From assembly GCA_030679895.1 (NCBI GenBank), contig JAUXSN010000003.1:5517-69516 (forward strand): a stretch of DNA of 64,000 bases, given 5' to 3'. A program made the translations under genes and the position numbers. Below the pieces are notes generated by a model that was given only the letters and a program-made list of their open reading frames with translations, was not told the origin of the DNA and made no database searches. Positions 45,059 to 55,178 of the stretch are shown one piece after another. Source of the DNA: Candidatus Moraniibacteriota bacterium (GTDB lineage Bacteria; Patescibacteriota; Minisyncoccia; Moranbacterales; UBA11712). Every line of letters starts with the position of its first letter. Position 1 is the first letter of the stretch.

Positions 45059-47236
45059 TTAGCCAATTACAAACTCTTTCCGATCCCCATATTCCGTCGC
45101 TTTGCCTTTGTTCCATTGTTCAACCGGGCGGATGTAGCCGACGATGCGGGAATAAACCTCGCATTTTTGCTCCACGACGCATTTGGGGCAAAGCTGATGC
45201 TCTCCGATAAGGTACCCGTGCGAAGGGCAGATGCTGAAAGTCGGAGACAAAGTAAAGTAAGGAAGCGCGTATTTTTCAGAAATGGTTTTTACCAGTTTTT
45301 TCGTCGTTTCGATGTCCTGGATCCGCTCGCCCATAAATCCGTGGAGAACCGTCCCGCCGGTATATTTTGTCTGCAGCGGTTCTTGAAGATCCAGCGCTTC
45401 AAAGAAATCTTCGGTATGGCCGACGGGAAGCTGGGTGGAATTCGTGTAATAAGGTTCGATGGATTTCGTTTCATCAACTTGGCCGTTCGCGAAGATCATA
45501 TCGGGATATTTTTGGCGGTCTTTCAAAGCCAGCCTATAGGAAGTTCCTTCGCCCGGCGTCGCTTCAAGATTGTATAGATTTTCGGTTTCTTCCTGATATT
45601 TTATAAGCCTATGGCGCATATGAACCAAAACGTCTTCGGCAAATTTCACTCCTTTTTCCGTCGCCGTAGTTTCGCCCATGAAATTTTTTAGAGCCTCGTT
45701 CATCCCGATAATGCCGATAGTCGAGAAATGATTCGACCAATAGTTTCCCCGGCGCTTATAGATACTGTCCAGATAAAATCTCGCGTAGGGGTAAAGCCCT
45801 TTTTTCATAAAACTGTCGATGATTTTCCTTTTTGTTTCTAGGCTCTCTTTGGCAAGATCCATTATTTTTTCCAGCCGCGCGTAAAAATCTTTTTTGCTCT
45901 TTGACAGATACCCGATCCGGGCCAGATTGATCGTCACCACCCCGATCGAACCGGTGAGAGGATTGGCTCCGAAAAGTCCTCCGCCGCGCTTATGAAGCTC
46001 GCGATTATCGATCCGCAGCCGGCAGCACATCGAACGCGCGTCGTCCGGATCCATATCCGAGTTGATAAAATTGGCAAAATAGGGAATGCCGTACTTTGCC
46101 GTCATTTCCCAGACCGGTTTCAGATTTTCATCGTTCCAATCAAAATTTTTCGTGATGTTATAGGTCGGAATGGGAAAAGTAAAAACGCGACCGGTGGCAT
46201 CTCCCTCGGCCATCACTTCGGCAAAGGCCCGATTGATCATATTCATCTCCTCCTGGAATTCTCCGTAATTTTCCTTTTGCGGCGCTCCGCCGATAATCAC
46301 TGACTCCTCCGCCATATTTTTCGGAGGAACGATATCTAGGGTTATATTCGTAAAAGGCGTTTGAAATCCGACCCGGGTGGGAACGTTGACATTGAAAACA
46401 AATTCCTGCATACACTGTTTGACCTCCTTCAATGAAAGTCCGTCATATCTGACAAATGGAGCCAAAAGCGTATCAAAATTGGAAAAAGCTTCCGCTCCCG
46501 CCACTTCCCCCTGGAGAGTGTAAAAAAAGTTGACCATCTGTCCGAGAGCCGTTCGTAAGTGTTTCGGGGGTTTGCAGGCAATTTTTCCGGGAACTCCCGT
46601 GAATCCGCGCCGGAGAAGATCCTGAAGATCCCAGCCACAGCAATAAACGGCGATTTTATCAAGATCATGGATATGAAAATCGCCCTCGTCGTGCGCGTCT
46701 CGGATAGCTTTGGAATAAACACGATTGAGCCAATATTTGGAACTGACAATGGAAGAAATATAATTGTTGAGGCCTTGCAGGGAATAAGCCATATTGGCGT
46801 TTTCTTTCACCTGCCAGTCGATTTCCTGGATGTATTTGTCCACCAGATCCACCGCTTCCTTGAGCGCTTCTTCGGATTCGCGGATTTTGCGGTGCTGTTC
46901 GCGATAGAGAATATAAGCTTTGGCCGTTTCTTCAAAATCCAAAATCATGAGGACCCGCTCCACGAGGTCCTGAATTTCTTCTATTTCGGGAACGTTTCCT
47001 TTCTTGTAATTTTTATTGAGAAGCTGGACGACTTTGGATGAAACTTTTTTTGCGTCTGCTTCTTTGCCTTCCCCCGTCTCCGCGAAAGATTTCATCACCG
47101 CTTTCGTGATTTTGTCCTGCTCGAATTCGACAACCCGTCCGTCGCGCTTTACCACTCGATCAACGCGATTTTGTCCGCTCGAGGCGGACCTCTCCTTTTT
47201 GCTGACCATTTTTTGGCCTTTTTTTACGGCAATCAT
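45059..47236 (-). CDS. nrdD: anaerobic ribonucleoside-triphosphate reductase
   Basis: 725 aa; N-terminal ATP-cone (VKRDGRVVEFEQDKITKAV), C-terminal Zn ribbon CPSHG...CPKC and glycyl-radical-like SRIVGYIRP. Confidence 0.85.
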   Translation of the reverse strand: MIAVKKGQKMVSKKERSASSGQNRVDRVVKRDGRVVEFEQDKITKAVMKSFAETGEGKEADAKKVSSKVVQLLNKNYKKGNVPEIEEIQDLVERVLMILDFEETAKAYILYREQHRKIRESEEALKEAVDLVDKYIQEIDWQVKENANMAYSLQGLNNYISSIVSSKYWLNRVYSKAIRDAHDEGDFHIHDLDKIAVYCCGWDLQDLLRRGFTGVPGKIACKPPKHLRTALGQMVNFFYTLQGEVAGAEAFSNFDTLLAPFVRYDGLSLKEVKQCMQEFVFNVNVPTRVGFQTPFTNITLDIVPPKNMAEESVIIGGAPQKENYGEFQEEMNMINRAFAEVMAEGDATGRVFTFPIPTYNITKNFDWNDENLKPVWEMTAKYGIPYFANFINSDMDPDDARSMCCRLRIDNRELHKRGGGLFGANPLTGSIGVVTINLARIGYLSKSKKDFYARLEKIMDLAKESLETKRKIIDSFMKKGLYPYARFYLDSIYKRRGNYWSNHFSTIGIIGMNEALKNFMGETTATEKGVKFAEDVLVHMRHRLIKYQEETENLYNLEATPGEGTSYRLALKDRQKYPDMIFANGQVDETKSIEPYYTNSTQLPVGHTEDFFEALDLQEPLQTKYTGGTVLHGFMGERIQDIETTKKLVKTISEKYALPYFTLSPTFSICPSHGYLIGEHQLCPKCVVEQKCEVYSRIVGYIRPVEQWNKGKATEYGDRKEFVIG

Positions 47237-47271
47237 TTTGTTTTCGCCCCCGAAATTTATTAATTATGATT

Positions 47272-47724
47272 TTAGGTTGTCATCAGCTTTTCTGCTTCTT
47301 TTTTGAAGCTGTCCGCGCTGCCGAATCCTTTATACACCGACGCGAACCGCAGATACGCCACGTCATCCAGTTCTCGCAACTTATCCAGGACCAGTTTGCC
47401 TATATCCTTGCTCAAAATTTCACAATTTCCCTTAAGATGCAGGTTGTATTCTATTTCATCAACCGCTTCTTCAATTTTTTTATCTTCAATCGGCCGCTTT
47501 TCAAGCGCTTTTCTGATTCCGCTTTCCAATTTTTCCCGCTTGTATTCTTCCTTGTTTCCATTTTTCTTGATGACTGTGAAATTCAAAAGCTCCAGTTGCT
47601 CATAAGTGCTGAACCTTTTTTGGCACTGTAAACATTCCCGCCGGCGGCGAATAACTTTTCCGTCTCCGGATTCGCGCGAATCAATCACTTTGGTTTCCTT
47701 GTGGGAACAAAAAGGGCAAAGCAT
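47272..47724 (-). CDS. nrdR: transcriptional repressor NrdR
   Basis: 150 aa; MLCPFCSHKETKVIDSRE...CLQCQKRF zinc ribbon + ATP-cone. Confidence 0.85.
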   Translation of the reverse strand: MLCPFCSHKETKVIDSRESGDGKVIRRRRECLQCQKRFSTYEQLELLNFTVIKKNGNKEEYKREKLESGIRKALEKRPIEDKKIEEAVDEIEYNLHLKGNCEILSKDIGKLVLDKLRELDDVAYLRFASVYKGFGSADSFKKEAEKLMTT

Positions 47725-47933
47725 ATGCGAAAATTAAAAATGAAAAAGTAAAAAGTAAAAATTATAGTGTCCCGCAAACGGGATGATCTTTTTTTATTTT
47801 GGGGAATTAATAAGGGCGATTCATAGAATCCCCTTTTCACACTATATCTTGTGTCCGTAATGGTTATTTTACCACAATTGAAAAAAGCCTGTCAAACAGG
47901 CTTTTTTATCGAATAATTTTGAGTTATCCACAG

Positions 47934-49178
47934 CTATTTTTTCATCTTTCGCCGGATGAAGGCCGGGATTTCCAATTCGTCGTCTTCGTCCTCGCCGACG
48001 GAGCTGACTTTTGATTCAAAGCTGATGTTTCTCTTGGGCTTCGGGGCAACTTTTTCTTCGATGATATATTTCGGTTTTTCTTCAATCTTGGGAGATCCGG
48101 CTGATGATGACGATGGCATCGCCGAAAACTTATTTTCCTCATCGTCAAAAAGACTTTTTTTGGCTTCCTGAAAGGCCGCCGACTGGCTGGCTGGCGAAGA
48201 AATGGAAGGCTCGTTGATGACATCGGAATCGAAACCGGCCGCCACCACAGTCAGAGTAATCTCGCCCTTCTTGGCAGAATCATCAATTGTGGCTCCGAAA
48301 ATGACTTTAGCGTTTGAATCGATGCTTTCCGTGATAATATTGGCCGCTTCGTTGATTTCAAGCATAGCAATATCGGGTCCGCCGCTCACGTTGAAGAGGA
48401 TGCCTTTGGCTCCATCAATTGAGAATTCAAGAAGCGGACTGTTGATGGCCATCTTGGCCGCTTGAGATGCTCTGTTCTCACCCGTCGCCGTTCCGATTCC
48501 CATAAGAGCCGATCCGGAATCCTGCAAGATTGCCCTTACGTCGGCAAAGTCAACGTTAACGATGCCCGGTTTGGTTATCAAATCGGAAATCCCTTGCACG
48601 CCTTGCCGCAGTATATCATCCACCACCCGAAAGGCATTCATCAAAGTTGTTTTTCTGTCAATAATTTGAAGCAACCGGTCATTGGGGACGATAATAAGCG
48701 CGTCCACTCTGTCTTTCAAATTTTCAATGCCTTCCATGGCAATAGCTTTTCTTTGAGCGCCCTCAAAACTAAAAGGCTTGGTGACAACAGCGATGGTCAG
48801 GGCGCCGGCTTCTTTGGCCGCTTCAGCAACCACCGGTGAGGCCCCGGTTCCTGTTCCGCCTCCGAGTCCGCAGGTGACAAAGACCATATCCGCGCCCTTC
48901 AAAACCTCGTGAATTTCATCCCGATTTTCTTCGGCGGCCTGGCGGCCGATTTCCGGATTCATTCCGGCTCCGAGACCCTTAGTCAAGTTTTTTCCAATGT
49001 GAATTTTTTCCGTAGCCTTGGAATGATGAAGCGCCTGCGCGTCGGTGTTGATCGCCACGAACTCAACGCCTTTCAGTTTGCACTCAATCATCCGGCTTAT
49101 GGCGTTTACGCCTGATCCGCCCACTCCAACCACTTTTATCCGGGCAAATGTTTCAATATCGGGTTTTATCTCGGCCAT
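47934..49178 (-). CDS. ftsZ: cell division GTPase FtsZ
   Basis: 414 aa; [41 protein letters not shown] tubulin signature. Confidence 0.9.
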   Translation of the reverse strand: MAEIKPDIETFARIKVVGVGGSGVNAISRMIECKLKGVEFVAINTDAQALHHSKATEKIHIGKNLTKGLGAGMNPEIGRQAAEENRDEIHEVLKGADMVFVTCGLGGGTGTGASPVVAEAAKEAGALTIAVVTKPFSFEGAQRKAIAMEGIENLKDRVDALIIVPNDRLLQIIDRKTTLMNAFRVVDDILRQGVQGISDLITKPGIVNVDFADVRAILQDSGSALMGIGTATGENRASQAAKMAINSPLLEFSIDGAKGILFNVSGGPDIAMLEINEAANIITESIDSNAKVIFGATIDDSAKKGEITLTVVAAGFDSDVINEPSISSPASQSAAFQEAKKSLFDDEENKFSAMPSSSSAGSPKIEEKPKYIIEEKVAPKPKRNISFESKVSSVGEDEDDELEIPAFIRRKMKK

Positions 49179-49252
49179 AAAGTTTTTATAAAGTCTAAAT
49201 AAGTTGTATTAAGTCAGTAGAATACTGTAGCACAAGGGAGTTTTTTGTGTCA

Positions 49253-49378
49253 AGCAAAGAAAAAATCTCTACGGATTACCAATCAATTACGAATATACGA
49301 ATGAATTATTTTTCGCGTATTTGCAAGAATTTTCATTGATTCGTATATTCGTACGAAATTCGTAATTCGTAGAGATTC
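49253..49378. repeat. long imperfect inverted repeat in ftsA-ftsZ intergenic region
   Basis: aatctctacggattaccaatcaattacgaatatacgaatgaa ... ttcattgattcgtatattcgtacgaaattcgtaattcgtagagatt. Confidence 0.6.
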
Positions 49379-50633
49379 ATGGCAGAAACTTTCTTAGCCA
49401 TCCCTTCATCTTATCCACCGTCTGCCCCATTTTTGGCAAATTGTCTATCCCCGCTGAAATTCTTCCTTTTCCGGATCCGGCGGACAACTCCTCCATGCCC
49501 CAGAGCGCCAGCCCCACGGCTGTCACAAACCCGGGTTCGTCAACCTTGTCCACGATCCCGCCAAGCTCCAAAGGAAAACCGGTTTGGGCCGGAAGCCGCA
49601 AAATTTTCTTGGCCAGATCCACTACGCCGTGGAGCTTGGCTCCGCCGCCGACAATGAGCGCTCCGGCGGGAAGCATTCCGGACCGTCCGGTTTTTCGAAG
49701 CTCTTTGTCAATCATGGTAAAAATTTCCTCGAGCCGGGCTTCGATTATTTCCGCCACATGGTGCCGGGAAATTTCTCCTTCCTCATTTTGATCAATTTCC
49801 GCCAGATTTATCTGATCTTTTTTGCTTATATCGCCGGGAAGCGCCGATCCGTAGTTTATTTTTACTTTTTCCGCCACATCGATTGATGTCCGAAGGCCTA
49901 TGGCCACGTCATTGGTAATATGCCCTCCGCCAATCGGCACGACGCCCACCTGGACCAGTTCTCCTTCTTCATAAACCACGAAATTGGTGGTGCCGCCGCC
50001 CATATCGACAAGAACAACCCCCAGTTCTTTTTGCCGCTTGTTTAGGGCCGCTTTCCCCGCCGCAAGGGCCGAAAAAGCCATATCTTCCACTTCAACTCCC
50101 GATTGATACACGCACTTGGAAAGGTTTTTGATAACCGGCGTTGATCCGAGAACCAAGAGAGCGTTAACTTCAAGCCTTATGCCGTTCATCCCGATCGGAT
50201 CTTTTATATTTTTCTGGTCATCCACAGAGAAATTGCGGGGAATGACATGCAGAATCTCTACGTTAGAAGGAAGAGAAATCGTTTCGGCCGCCGTAAGCGA
50301 ACGCATTACGTCATCGCTCGTTATTTCCCCGTCAGCCTTTCCGATGGCCACTACTCCCTGGCTTTCCTGATATCTGATGTGATTTCCGCCAACGCTAACT
50401 ACCGCTTTCGAAACGGGAATGCCCGAAGTGCGTTCGGCATTTTTCGCCGCTTCTCCAATTGATCTTATTGTTTCCTCAACGTCGGACACCACCCCCCGGC
50501 GGACGCCAAGAGAAGGAGCCAAACCCACTCCCATCACTCTGGGCCTTTCTTCTTCGTCAAATTTTTGCAGAATCACCGCTCTGACATTGGACGAGCCGAC
50601 ATCAAGACCGACGACTATATCTCCTTTTCCCAT
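49377..50633 (-). CDS. ftsA: cell division protein FtsA
   Basis: 418 aa; VVGLDVGSSNVRAVI actin-fold N-term, ...LVDMGGGTTNFVVY..., position upstream of ftsZ. Confidence 0.85.
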   Translation of the reverse strand: MGKGDIVVGLDVGSSNVRAVILQKFDEEERPRVMGVGLAPSLGVRRGVVSDVEETIRSIGEAAKNAERTSGIPVSKAVVSVGGNHIRYQESQGVVAIGKADGEITSDDVMRSLTAAETISLPSNVEILHVIPRNFSVDDQKNIKDPIGMNGIRLEVNALLVLGSTPVIKNLSKCVYQSGVEVEDMAFSALAAGKAALNKRQKELGVVLVDMGGGTTNFVVYEEGELVQVGVVPIGGGHITNDVAIGLRTSIDVAEKVKINYGSALPGDISKKDQINLAEIDQNEEGEISRHHVAEIIEARLEEIFTMIDKELRKTGRSGMLPAGALIVGGGAKLHGVVDLAKKILRLPAQTGFPLELGGIVDKVDEPGFVTAVGLALWGMEELSAGSGKGRISAGIDNLPKMGQTVDKMKGWLRKFLP

Positions 50634-50652
50634 TTTTTTTCAGCGAATTACC

Positions 50653-51048
50653 CTAATTATACAAAAAAACTAGATTGTTTGCAAAAAATAATTCCTTAAA
50701 GTAAGGATAAAATATCGTAATTCCAACCACAATCGCCCCAATCGAGGAAATCAATACGGCGGCGGCCATTATGTCTTTTATCAATCGGGCGTAAGGATGG
50801 ACTCTCGGCTTCAGAATATCAACCACCCTCTCGAAGATGGTGTTTATGAGCTCCATCACCAGCACCAAAAAGATCACCAGAAATAAGGCGACCTTTTCCC
50901 ACCCCCGGATGGAAAAAATAAACATCAGTATTATTACAAATAATCCGACCAGCATTTGAATTTGAAAACTCTGCTCATTCTTGAGCATATGCTTAAGCCC
51001 GCGAAAAGCGTATCGGAAGCTTTTGAAAAATTTGTGAATGTTATCCAT
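50653..51048 (-). CDS. dgkA: diacylglycerol kinase family protein
   Basis: 131 aa; three TM helices; ...FRGLKHM..., ELINTIFERVVD. Confidence 0.7.
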   Translation of the reverse strand: MDNIHKFFKSFRYAFRGLKHMLKNEQSFQIQMLVGLFVIILMFIFSIRGWEKVALFLVIFLVLVMELINTIFERVVDILKPRVHPYARLIKDIMAAAVLISSIGAIVVGITIFYPYFKELFFANNLVFLYN

Positions 51049-51052
51049 TTTT

Positions 51053-51475
51053 TTATTTTATGAGACTTACAACTTCGTCTTGCAACTCATACATTTTCTT
51101 TCCGTGTCTCATCCCCAGAAGATGCAAAACGCCGTGCGAGAGAACGAAAGCCAGCTCCCGATCGAAATTTATCTTGTTTTTTTTCGCCTGTTCCGCGATT
51201 ATTCCGGAGCAGAGAAAAATCTCTCCTTCGATATTTTTTTCGTTTTTTCCATTATACTCTGCTTCGTAGTTAAATGAAAGAACGTCGGTCGCTTCATTTT
51301 TCCGGCGATACGCGCGGTTAAGAGAACGAATTTTGGCCCGGCTGGCAAAAATAACGGAAAAGCTCGCCTTTTTTATCCTTATTCCCGATAAACGAATGGT
51401 TTTTTGGACAACCCCACTGATAAAAACCTTGTTTATTCTTCTCGCGGTTTCATTAATAATTTCAATTTCTGCCAT
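51053..51475 (-). CDS. ybeY: rRNA maturation RNase YbeY
   Basis: 140 aa; ATDVLSF, HGVLHLLGMRHG zinc motif. Confidence 0.8.
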   Translation of the reverse strand: MAEIEIINETARRINKVFISGVVQKTIRLSGIRIKKASFSVIFASRAKIRSLNRAYRRKNEATDVLSFNYEAEYNGKNEKNIEGEIFLCSGIIAEQAKKNKINFDRELAFVLSHGVLHLLGMRHGKKMYELQDEVVSLIK

Positions 51476-51497
51476 CGATAAAAAAATTACGCGAATC

Positions 51498-51980
51498 CTA
51501 GCCGGCCCGCCTAGATTCGGCGAGACTGGCCAGCTCCTCTTCCGCGATTTTTCGCGCCGCGTTTCCGTCTGCCTGGCCTTTTGCTTCTTTCATGACCGCG
51601 CCCATCAATTTGCCGAATTCGGGTTTTCCGCTTATGGACAGTTCTTTGATTTTTTCTTTCACAATTTGCCGCAATTTTTCTCCATCCATTTGGGCGGGCG
51701 CGTATTTTTCGAGAATAGCCAGCTCTTTTTCTTCCTTTTCCGCCAAGTCCGCCCGTCCGCCTTTCTGATATTCAGCGATTGAATCTTTTCTTTGATTGAC
51801 TTGCCGGCGAATGACCGCGGTTGTTTCCTCGTCGGCCAGATATTCCTTGTCTTTGGCCTTCACTTCAATCTGATGATTTTTTACCGCCGCGATGAGAAAA
51901 CGCAAAACACCGGCCCGTTCTTTATCGCCGGCTTTGAGCGCGGTCTTGAGATCGGATTCGATACTTTGGTGTAAACTCAT
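51498..51980 (-). CDS. GatB/YqeY domain protein
   Basis: 160 aa; ...ESDLKTALKAGDKERAGVLRFLIAAVKN... Confidence 0.7.
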   Translation of the reverse strand: MSLHQSIESDLKTALKAGDKERAGVLRFLIAAVKNHQIEVKAKDKEYLADEETTAVIRRQVNQRKDSIAEYQKGGRADLAEKEEKELAILEKYAPAQMDGEKLRQIVKEKIKELSISGKPEFGKLMGAVMKEAKGQADGNAARKIAEEELASLAESRRAG

Positions 51981-52003
51981 AATATTTTCATTAAGTATCT
52001 GCT

Positions 52004-52261
52004 TTATTTGTCGCTGATTTTCTTTTTCACTCTCTTGAGCGCTTCTTCGTCGAATTTTCCTATTTTCTTGAGTTTATCCACTTCTTTCTTGACCTTGGAC
52101 CGGTACATAGCGGATTCTCTCACTTGCCGGCGGCTTTTGGGCTTCGCGTAAAATCGGCCTTTGCGAGCCGACAGCAAAACACCGCTCTGCTGGACTCTCC
52201 GGCTGAAGCGCTTGATCAAGCTATCCGAACTTTCCCGATCCTTTTTTTTGACTTCTACCAT
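52004..52261 (-). CDS. rpsU: 30S ribosomal protein S21
   Basis: Start at MVEVKKKD...; basic 85 aa; SLIKRFSRRVQQSGVL. Confidence 0.8.
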   Translation of the reverse strand: MVEVKKKDRESSDSLIKRFSRRVQQSGVLLSARKGRFYAKPKSRRQVRESAMYRSKVKKEVDKLKKIGKFDEEALKRVKKKISDK

Positions 52262-52291
52262 AGGTAACCTCCCTTCTAAAAAAAATTTCAA

Positions 52292-52425
52292 TTTCTAATT
52301 TTCAATTTCTAAACAATGTTTTAATTTCTCAATTTTTCAATGACAAATTGTTTGAAAATTCGGTCATTGAAGCATTGAAAATTGTTTGAAAATTGAAAAT
52401 TGAAAATTATAATCTAAAAAACATC
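52292..52425. repeat. intergenic palindromic element, family C (aattttc/gaaaatt 7-mer arms with caatgac/gtcattg boxes)
   Basis: tttcaatttctaattttcaatttctaaacaatg...caatgacaaa...ggtcattgaag...gaaaattgaaaattgaaaatt. Confidence 0.8.
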
Positions 52426-52429
52426 GCGA

Positions 52430-52777
52430 TCATACAGGCCTTATATCTTCCCTTAATTTCGCTCCTCCTATCAAATGCAGATGCAAATGCCCCACTTCCT
52501 GTCCGCCGTGCTCTCCGACCCGAATGAGAAGTTTATATCCTTTTTTGGAAATCCGCAAATCTTCGGCTAATTTTTTCGCTGTTGTTATCAGCTTTCCCAT
52601 CAATAACTCATCTCCGCCGCTGATTTCCGCGACGCTTTCGATGTGTTTTTTTGGAATAACCAGAACATGAACCGGCGCGATCGGATGCAAATCGCGAAAA
52701 GCCGCAACAAAATCATCTTCATATAGAAACTCCGTCGGGATTTCTTTCCTGGCAATTTTGCAGAAAACGCAATCCAT
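52430..52777 (-). CDS. HIT family hydrolase
   Basis: 115 aa; histidine triad HLHLHLIGG. Confidence 0.8.
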   Translation of the reverse strand: MDCVFCKIARKEIPTEFLYEDDFVAAFRDLHPIAPVHVLVIPKKHIESVAEISGGDELLMGKLITTAKKLAEDLRISKKGYKLLIRVGEHGGQEVGHLHLHLIGGAKLREDIRPV

Positions 52778-52861
52778 TTACACAACGATTAATGAACAAA
52801 GATCAAAGATCCATATTCACCAAATATAAATTCTAAAAAAATATTGTTCACTGTTCACTGG

Positions 52862-54238
52862 TCATTGATTTCTTACCACCGTTCCTCCCATCTTCAGCCT
52901 TTTTTTCACTTCGTCAATCAGCTTATCGCCATTAATAATTTCCTGGTTGCCGCTGGCCATATCTTTTATTATCACCGTTCCGTCCAAAGCTTCCTTTTGG
53001 CCCAGAATCAGGGTGATTTCCACCCTTAGGCGGTCAGCCACTTTGAGCTGCGACTTGAGGCTCCCCCGTCCGAAACTTTCAGCTACCATTATGCCCGCCC
53101 GTTCAAGAGATTCAAACATGCGCAGGCTTTTTTTCTTGGCAAAAATTCCGAGTTGCGCGAGAAAAACCCGGGGCTTTTGCTGTTTATATTGTCTTGCCCC
53201 TATTTTTTTCATTTCGAGAACAAGCCGATCCAATCCCAGGCTGAAACCGACCGCCGGCGTATCTTCGCCTCCCATAAGCTTCACGAGGCCGTCATATCTC
53301 CCGCCTCCGCCCAAGGCGCTCTTCTTTTTTTCTTCCGCTCCGGCTTGAGGAAAAAATTCAAAGACCGTCCGGGTATAATAATCCAGGCCTCTCACCAGCG
53401 TCGGATCAAGCTCAAAGGGAATTTCCAGCTCCTCGAGATATTCCAAAAGTTCCTTGAAATGAACCCGGCACTCGTCGCAAAGATGGTCGATCGATTGAGG
53501 AGCGTTCATTCTGACTTGCACGCACTTGTCTTCCTTGCAATCAAGAATGCGAAGCGGATTTTTTTCCAACCGCCGCTTGCAGTCAATGCAAAGTTTTTGC
53601 TTTTTCGATTCGAAATAGGAAACCAGAAGATTCCGATAGCTTTTTCGGCAGGACGGGCAGCCGATGCTGTTGACATTGACGGAAACGTTTCTTATGCCCA
53701 GCTGATGGATGATCCGCCAGCCCATTTGAATGATCTGAACATCGATTATCGGATCATCTTCTCCCAGCGCTTCGCAGCCGAACTGAAAAAATTCCCTAAA
53801 TCTTCCCTCTTGGGGACGATCATAGCGATAGCAGGGGCCGGTATAGTATAGTTTTACCGGTTTGGGAGCGACGTGAAGGCCATGCTGAATATAGGCCCGG
53901 GCGATGCCGGCCGTGAATTCCGGCCGCAGGGAAACTTTTTCCCCGCCCTTGGTATTGAAAGAGTACATTTCCTTTTCTATAATATCCGTGCCGGAGCCGA
54001 TACCGCGCGCGAACAGATTTGAAAATTCAACCAAGGGAAGATCAATCCGCCGATAGCCGAAATCAGCCGCCGCCTTTTCGGAAATTTTGCGGACTTGCTG
54101 CCAATAGGGCTGATCCGCAGGCAAAATATCGCGCATCCCGCGCGGAGGCTGGAGAACAAGCTCCTCGACTGGCTCGACGCTTTTTGGCTTCTTAGCTTTT
54201 TTCAAAGTTTTTTTATTAAGCATAAATTTAATTTTCAA
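52862..54238 (-). CDS. hisS: histidine--tRNA ligase
   Basis: 458 aa class II aaRS; MRDILP..., LRPEFTAGIARAY, GGGRYDGL. Confidence 0.85.
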   Translation of the reverse strand: MKIKFMLNKKTLKKAKKPKSVEPVEELVLQPPRGMRDILPADQPYWQQVRKISEKAAADFGYRRIDLPLVEFSNLFARGIGSGTDIIEKEMYSFNTKGGEKVSLRPEFTAGIARAYIQHGLHVAPKPVKLYYTGPCYRYDRPQEGRFREFFQFGCEALGEDDPIIDVQIIQMGWRIIHQLGIRNVSVNVNSIGCPSCRKSYRNLLVSYFESKKQKLCIDCKRRLEKNPLRILDCKEDKCVQVRMNAPQSIDHLCDECRVHFKELLEYLEELEIPFELDPTLVRGLDYYTRTVFEFFPQAGAEEKKKSALGGGGRYDGLVKLMGGEDTPAVGFSLGLDRLVLEMKKIGARQYKQQKPRVFLAQLGIFAKKKSLRMFESLERAGIMVAESFGRGSLKSQLKVADRLRVEITLILGQKEALDGTVIIKDMASGNQEIINGDKLIDEVKKRLKMGGTVVRNQ

Positions 54239-54239
54239 T

Positions 54240-54360
54240 TTCTAATTTTCAATTTTCAAACAATGACTCAATTTCCCAATGTCTAAATGAATTTGTTTTA
54301 AAAATTGAATCATTTGGTCATTGGAAATTGTTTAGAAATTAAAAATTGGAAATTAAAAAT
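54240..54360. repeat. intergenic palindromic element, family C
   Basis: aattttcaatttctaattttcaattttcaaacaatgac...ggtcattggaaattgtttagaaattaaaaattggaaattaaaaatt. Confidence 0.8.
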
Positions 54361-54361
54361 T

Positions 54362-54997
54362 CTAAAAAATCGCAGCTTTCCCAAACGGCCACGCCCGGAG
54401 CATCACTCTTCCCATAATATCATTCACGGGAACCGGGCCCCAGGAGCGGGAATCGGAACTATACTTCCGGTTGTCGCCCATCACGAAATATTGTTCGCTC
54501 GTGAGCTGGATGATTTGATCTCCGGAAGTAGTCTCTGCCGGGGGCAGATACGCGCTTTCATCCAAAATAAATCCATTTGGATTTTCGGAATTATATATTT
54601 TCACCTCGTTGTCCTTTATCTCAATTTTTTCTCCCTGAAGGCCGACTATTCTTTTTATGTAATACACCGATGGATTTTTGGGATAGCGGAAAACCACCAC
54701 CTCGCCTCTTTTCATTTCTTTGAAAGGATTCACGGTAAAAAAATTGATCTCTTTCTCGCCGTAATCGAATCCGACATCCGTTGTCTTGTATCCCAGCTCG
54801 CTGATGATGAGATACTCTTTGTCCTCAAAATTGGGCTCCATCGAAGCGCCCTGAACAAAAAACGGCTGGACAAGAAAAACCCGCAAAGGGACGATGATCA
54901 AGACCACCCAAAGCACGATCTTTATCATTTCCCAAAATATCCCGCCCGCTCCGTATGTTTCCTCTTGTTTTTCCTCGATTTGTTCGTTTTCGGTCAT
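54362..54997 (-). CDS. lepB: signal peptidase I
   Basis: 211 aa; TM then VQGASMEPNF (Ser box), GDNRKYSSDSR, GPVP. Confidence 0.8.
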   Translation of the reverse strand: MTENEQIEEKQEETYGAGGIFWEMIKIVLWVVLIIVPLRVFLVQPFFVQGASMEPNFEDKEYLIISELGYKTTDVGFDYGEKEINFFTVNPFKEMKRGEVVVFRYPKNPSVYYIKRIVGLQGEKIEIKDNEVKIYNSENPNGFILDESAYLPPAETTSGDQIIQLTSEQYFVMGDNRKYSSDSRSWGPVPVNDIMGRVMLRAWPFGKAAIF

Positions 54998-55009
54998 AAA
55001 AAAAATAAG

Positions 55010-55119
55010 CTCACTAAATTGTCATCCCGCACTTGCCTGTCCGCCTCTGGAGGAATGCGGGATCCAGAAAATCTACATTGTTCATACGCACTAAAAAAAC
55101 GCTAGATTCCCGCTTCCGC
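55010..55119. repeat. intergenic palindromic element, family B core
   Basis: tgtcatcccgcacttgcc...ggaggaatgcgggatccag...ctagattcccgcttccgcgggaatgaca. Confidence 0.8.
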
Positions 55120-55178
55120 GGGAATGACAAAAAGGATATTCCGCGATTCCGTTTGCATAATAGCAGAAAAAAAGGCAT

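Noticed and set aside
52292-52425. gaaaatt repeat arrays as a CRISPR array
   Set aside because: Units are 7 bp with no unique spacers. The structure is palindromic, and there are no cas genes.
53153-53851. 232-aa plus-strand ORF within hisS
   Set aside because: Antisense shadow of a conserved aaRS gene.
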